Of a DNA stretch of 64,000 nt, positions 58,550 through 64,000 are shown piece after piece. The stretch is from the NCBI GenBank assembly GCA_002269645.1, contig NIVC01003920.1, forward strand, positions 5,652 to 69,651. The letters run 5' to 3'. The position numbers and the translations under genes are program-made. The stretch is from Macrostomum lignano. Its lineage: Eukaryota. Under the pieces are notes generated by a model. The model was not told the origin of the DNA, did not search any database, and saw only the letters and a program-made list of their open reading frames with translations. Positions within the stretch are counted from its first letter, which is position 1. Every line of letters begins with the position of its first letter.

Positions 58550-59450
58550 TTTCACAATGAAGTTGAAATCTTCACCAACTTGCTTAGCTACAATGGCTAC
58601 CCTAGGAACTTTGTGTTGAAAATTATTGAGACTTTTCTCAATGACAAACTGATGGAACCTACTTAGATGAAAGTTTGTGAATCCACCTCTGATTGTCCTT
58701 TGATCACTTTACCTTTTTTGGGGTTTGTTCTATTGAGTTCAAAAAGAAGATTGAAAAGCTGTTCTATTAAGACTTAAACACTCAAATCCATGTTGTGTTT
58801 TGCACTGAAAAGGTTGCTAAGTTTGTCTATAGGCTGAAATCTAGTGTTCCTTGTCCTCTTGTGGCAGGTGTTGTGTACAAATTTATTTGCTCTGAGGACC
58901 AGAGCATTTCCTATATTGGGAAAACTAAATGACATCTATACACAAGTTAGAGAGCAGTTAGAGAGCACTGGCTAAGCAACTGCCATTAACGAACACCTGC
59001 TAACTTGCAATAGTTGTTGTGTTGCTGACCCACACAAGATGATTACGGCTATTGATCTTTTCAATAGAGATCACATGCCCTGCCTATTAGAAGCCCTGTA
59101 GATTAAAATGAGATAGCTTACATTAAATAATTAACTTGCAATAGTCAAATTAGTCAAATTACTAAAATAGTCAACTCTGCACATTTTAGTTTACCTTGCT
59201 AATAACCAGACTGGATTGAAACCAACATGTACTCTCCCCTTACCAATAATGCTTCTACTCTTGATTAAACCATCAAGCTTTTAATGTACAAGCTTTTAAA
59301 CCATCAAAATTACTGTATACACTTTCATACTTCTCTCCATTCACTATATATACTATTTGTGTTTAATAATTTGGTTTAAATAGATTTTGACCCTGAAGAT
59401 GTCTAATAATAATATTGGACAAAATGCATTGGCAACTCAAATAAATAACT
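58550..59450 (+). mobile_element. Penelope-like element 3' relic (RT C-terminus, GIY-YIG, decayed hammerhead)
   Basis: FHNEVEIFTNLLSYNGYPRNFV; LKSSVPCPLVAGVVYKFICSEDQSISYIGKTK*HLYT...REH; CCTGAAGATG...GGACAAAATGCATTGG then AATAAA at ~59391-59444. Confidence 0.8.
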
Positions 59451-61275
59451 AATACTTAATGTTGATATTGACTTATACTCAAACAAATTTATCTACTTTT
59501 TATTAAGCAAGCCACTTTATCTAAATATAGGCAATAGGCCTACCATAGTTCAGAAAGTGACATATAGCTAGGATTCCTCATTGTATAACAAGGATACTTG
59601 CCATTTTTAGCATATATCAGTATATATCTCGGCATACATAACATAGTGGAAACATTGTGTCAATGACACATTTTTAGTCTAAGAATACAAACAAGGTCTT
59701 GTATTTATTTCTGGTATTGGACCCAATGTACACAAATACACAATCCAAATGATGGACCCTATTAGAAAAATTTGCTAAATGGCAAACAGCCATCTGGAAC
59801 ATTTTCAAAATGACCTTGTAGCACACTGTTTTCTATGACATAGCGCAATGCAGTGCCACACATAAAAGACATGCAACAAAATACAAGTGTGTATAACGAT
59901 TACAATAATTTTAAAGAAAGTGTCTTTCTAATTAAAGGATTAAATATAAGACTAAGAGTGGTTTTTTAGAGATATATAGTAGAATATCTCAATATGATTT
60001 TTTTAGTAGCTAGCTGTATTGTTAGATTAGTTTTAGTCAAAGATTACATTGCTGAGTGATATTAAAACTGTTAAAAAAGTGGCAACTGCAAATAAGGTCT
60101 TTTATTGCATGTTGTAACTGCAAAAAAAGGTTTTTTGTCACAACTATGGTCCCTTAAGTTAACATGGCCCATGTACCTTGGAGAGTGACCCCTTGGCATG
60201 TTTTTGCTAGACCCTTGATGCGCGTCTGTACATTTTCAGAATTTATTCCAATAGGGACTATGGGGGAAATATAAGTAAAAAATTAAGAGACTCCTAATTT
60301 TCTAAACAAAAAGCTTAAAGAATATCAATAAAACTAGGGCCTATAAGAAAGACAAAACATATTAAAAGATAAACATTAGGTCTGCTTCCTTTAAAAATAA
60401 AAAATGATTTTGTCCTAAAAAATGAACATCTTTTTATCTCTATGACTATGTAAGTATGGGGCATTTTCTAAAAAACGACCTCCTAAATTTTTCTAATAAA
60501 TATAGTTTCCTGTCCTTCCAATTAAACAATACTTGATTTATATGTACATGTTATCTACTGCACTAGGTAGTTATAACTTGATATATTTTGGATAATACCA
60601 TTGACATTGAGCCAATTTTTTATTATACCTCTAGCTTTTGCTATATATCACTGTACATTAAAAGTTTCTACTAAGCTTTTATTTTATAAATTTTGTGTAC
60701 CATTTTTTTATACACTTGGGTGGGGGGGGTTCGTCTGTGTTGGCTCGGTCGAGATTTAATTCGTTCGTCTCAGCCGTTCAAATCAGTGCGGCTTCTACGA
60801 TTCAAACAAACTTAAGCAAAGATCTCAGCTTGCAGATGACGGGGAGCTCCGGCTGCTGAGTTCCCCAGGCTCAGAGAGAGGGTAGCTGTGGTCGCGGTTG
60901 AGCAGTCTAGTTTTGCCGACGTCCAGAATGCCGAATGCAGAAATTTGTAGCAGCCGAAATGGGGAAAACTTCAAAATAAGCTATATATTTAAACTAAGTT
61001 TGTCGAGATTGTTGCTGATAGTAGTAGTTTGCTGCCACCACCGCGTTTATACGCGGGAAAAGCTCTCTAAAGCTCAAAACTAGCTCGATTTGGCTCTAGG
61101 ACTTCTCTTGAGACCGCTAGGCGTCAAATAATAAAGCTTCCGAGGTGGTCACGAAGGCCAAGACACCGTTTCAACACCAGAGATTAATTGGCTGGCGTTA
61201 CAGGGGCCAGGTAGCTGAATAGACTTATTGTTATTAACTGTTGCACGAGCCACAAGCAATGTACTATGCTGTTAT

Positions 61276-63265
61276 TGATGAGGACGCACTTTTTCCCAAA
61301 TCCCGCGCTAGCACATGGGCTCTAAACTTACTTGCCTACTAACAGTGGGCAAGGGGTATTTTTATCCTTTTTCTGCAAATTGTCATAGAATCTATACAAG
61401 ATATTATGTCTGGCCATACTAGTCATAATAACACATAGGCATAGCTTTTTGGGTCATAAATCATCGCTTTCGAAGCTGGTCTGACAGCCACCTGCGCCTC
61501 ACTCAGTGTTGAGGCGGGCGCCAGATGGTCTGAGAGGATGCGGGCGGTAGCTTTTTTCTCATCATTTTGACAGGCCATCAAGATTTATGAGGTCAGAGCC
61601 TATTGTTCGTGTTCACTCAAGCGTGTGACAGCTTTGACAGCTATGCGTTTTACCCCTAAAAGTACCTTGAGATTAGCGATTAGCAATTTCTCTTCATTAT
61701 CTTCACTTTCTATTTAATAAGAGCTTTCTAATGTATATTTTTTCATTAATTTCTGTCAATCCTACGCGAAAAGTCATAAATCATTTTGTTGCGATTTTGA
61801 TTGATTTATGGCCGCACCTGTCATCTTTTTACGACCCTGTGGGAACTGATAGGATCTCTCGGTCACGTGATTCTGGGTGGCAACAAGCTTAGCCAATCAG
61901 AAAATTCGGCGCTCATTTTAACAAAACGGCTCAGCCAATCAGAATCGACGTGTTCCATTATAACAAACTGCGGTCCAGTTGGCGGCTATTTAAACCGGAG
62001 TTTTTGGCCCGCTCGGAGGCAACTCTTGCTCGGGCCCAGCACGCAACTTCTGGTTCCCGGAGCGCGACCGTCGTTTCTTGATCCCCGGATTGCGACTTCC
62101 CCCCATCATCATCAAGGACGAATCCCCCGGTCGTCAGCAGCGAACATCAAGCGAAGATCATCACCTGCTAGCTATTAGCGAAGATTGTATCAGCATCATC
62201 CCGAGTCTACAGCTACAGAGCATCAAGCCGATTCGGTCACTGTGGATTACACTGTGGTCTCCGGCTGTTGAGTTTCTGATTGGTTGGGTGAGAGGCTACC
62301 TAGACTTGCTTGATTGGGTGATTCCCTGTCTGTCCCCTGTTTCAGTAGCTGGATTAGGCGCACACTTTTGCTCATTTTGTTCAGTAGTGCTGGTACTGAG
62401 GCAGAAATCACTTAATAATACTGCTAGTAGTCTGAAACTCCAATTCAATCTGAGGTGTGAAGTGATTTAAGGAGAAGGCTAAACCTGACAGTTATTTTTA
62501 TCGGTTTTAGTTCTTTGTTCGCCGATGGCTCAGATGAGTAGCTAAGCTAGTAGGCGCCGGTCACAGTGGGCCAATGGCAAGGCAGTTCTCAGTCGATAAA
62601 GCAATCAAATCAGTGAGCAAAACTGCCAGAAGTGCAGAATCGGCGCCAGAGATGTACTTTGTGCACTCTAGGTTAGCCAAGCGGCTCGGGTAATGAATCA
62701 TGCGGTCTCTGAAGTTCGAGTTAGTCTATCATCAGCGCTATGAGAGGCTAGTTGGCGCGTTGAAGGCCAAAAGTACATATCCTCGTATTTAGCAATGTAA
62801 TAGTACATGTAGCTACCCCATAGACTCGCCACTGCAAGAATCCCCTGCACAAGTCCCCTCTGTACCTGCATGGCCAATGCGATCTAGTCCCAGCAGTGTC
62901 CCTTATCATCGGCTATGACTTCGAGATGACAGCAAAAAGACACTAGTTGGCAGGTAAGTGCAAAGCCCCTTCTAGTCGGAAGCCCGATTTCGAGAGTCCC
63001 GGTGTGGTGAGCCAGGACGCACGGGCTGGTGGCAGCGAGTTAGCTTAGTCTGCGGATTAGCTAATTTCTACCTTCAAAATTCTCCCTGCTTGTCTCTCGC
63101 TGTCCCTCTCTTAGCTATAGGACCTAGACTGCTCGCCACACGATCAAGCTACCATGGGGCTGACCATCTGACAGGAGTGGGGGCCAGGTCTCTAAGTGTT
63201 TCTGAGCCTGAGGCCGAAGGCTTCCCTAACAAGGGGCCCGAAGGTCGAAACCCATCATTATTATT
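61276..63265 (+). repeat. Dispersed unclassified repeat, copy B, with an extra ~675-bp segment (61508-62182) and an (ATT)n end
   Basis: Homologous in reverse complement to 19655-20995. Confidence 0.88.
61861..61994 (+). promoter_or_regulatory. Compact Pol II promoter-like cluster: E-box, two CCAAT boxes, TATA-like box
   Basis: GGTCACGTGA 61861-61870; AGCCAATCAG 61891-61900 and 61933-61942; TATTTAAA 61987-61994. Confidence 0.5.
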
Positions 63266-63414
63266 AAAAGATTAATAATTAGCTGGCTGGGTGAGGAGCT
63301 GGTCGGGTCGGTATGTCGGGCTTACACGTAGGGGCCTCTCGTAATGGGCTGTATTAGAGTTAAAGAAGATGGGCAATACCACAGAAGTCGGTATCACAAG
63401 GGATCGGGGCAAAA

Positions 63415-63550
63415 CCACGAGAGTTGGGGCGGATTCCACGAGAGTTGGGGCGGATTCTACGAGAGTTGGGGCGGATTCCACAAGAGTTGGGGCGGATTCC
63501 ACGAGAGTTGGGGCGGATTCCACGAGAGTTGGGGCGGATTCCACAAGAGT
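63415..63550. repeat. 21-bp minisatellite, ~6 copies
   Basis: Unit CCACGAGAGTTGGGGCGGATT. Confidence 0.92.
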
Positions 63551-64000
63551 CTGGCTGGGAAAGGCGGGGCGCAGACTCTTAAATAGCGCTCTCATGAGCC
63601 ACCGGGAGGAAAGGGGTTACCCCGGGTGGAAGAGAGTGACACCGGATGGAAAAGGGGCGGTACCACCGGGTGGTGACGACTAAACACCGGGTGGACCCCC
63701 TATTCAAAAGCATTAAAAACGAACAAAAATACGGGGAGTGGAACGGGGAGTTACATTAACTGTAGCCGCGCGTGACGTTAGGATGACGTAAAATTACGGC
63801 AAAGGGAAATCGCGCGGTGGAAAATAGAGTTACACACTGTGGGAAAAGCCAGTGGCGGCCTCGCCTGCCACAATTTGTTTGAGTAGTTTTGGCGAAACGT
63901 TAATATATTTAAAAAACAAAAAACAAAAAACACAAAGGTAGGGTAAGCATATGACGCCATTGTTATTGTTTGTTTTTTGATATTTCCACTGCTATTTTGT

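Noticed and set aside
62078-62470. ORF shared by both repeat copies (WSPAVEFLIGWVRGYLDLLDWV)
   Set aside because: Sharing follows from nucleotide homology; starts differ between copies and no domain is recognisable.
63195-63255. Hammerhead or HDV ribozyme at the end of the dispersed repeat
   Set aside because: GAAAC and hairpins are present but the CUGANGA core and downstream NUH stem are missing; I could not fit the HDV pseudoknot.

Overview
Eukaryotic (animal) genomic DNA with GT-AG spliced genes, some very short introns, GC-rich exons and many minisatellites. The style resembles a free-living flatworm such as Macrostomum, but this is an unverified inference. I reconstructed five spliced genes by hand from splice sites and phases: (1) a gp130/Domeless-like Ig/FN3 class I cytokine-receptor-like gene (+, ~11953-18251, 5' end not found); (2) a complete TRIC/TMEM38 cation channel (-, 26213-21850) with two homologous, phase-matched, apparently mutually exclusive exon-4 copies; (3) a complete 14-exon GABA-B-like class C GPCR (+, 33371-47703, 757 aa) with a Gypsy (Mag-like) LTR element in intron 2; (4) a signal peptide-FN2-coiled coil-TM-acidic tail membrane protein (+, 50010-52805, 312 aa); (5) dihydrolipoamide dehydrogenase (-, 57428-54941) with a 1-nt frameshift. 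Mobile DNA includes a decayed hAT transposase element, two TSD-bounded MITEs (one carrying a 28S rRNA fragment centred on the R2 target site), RTE-like, BEL/Pao, I/Ingi-like and Penelope relics, a tRNA-derived SINE and a ~1.3 kb unclassified dispersed repeat in two inverted copies. About 16 tandem arrays cover roughly 8 kb, most of them intronic. The most striking large-scale signal is several sharply bounded multi-kb blocks almost free of CpG, which overlap 5' gene bodies and show direct CpG-to-TpG/CpA decay. All coordinates and alignments were done by eye.
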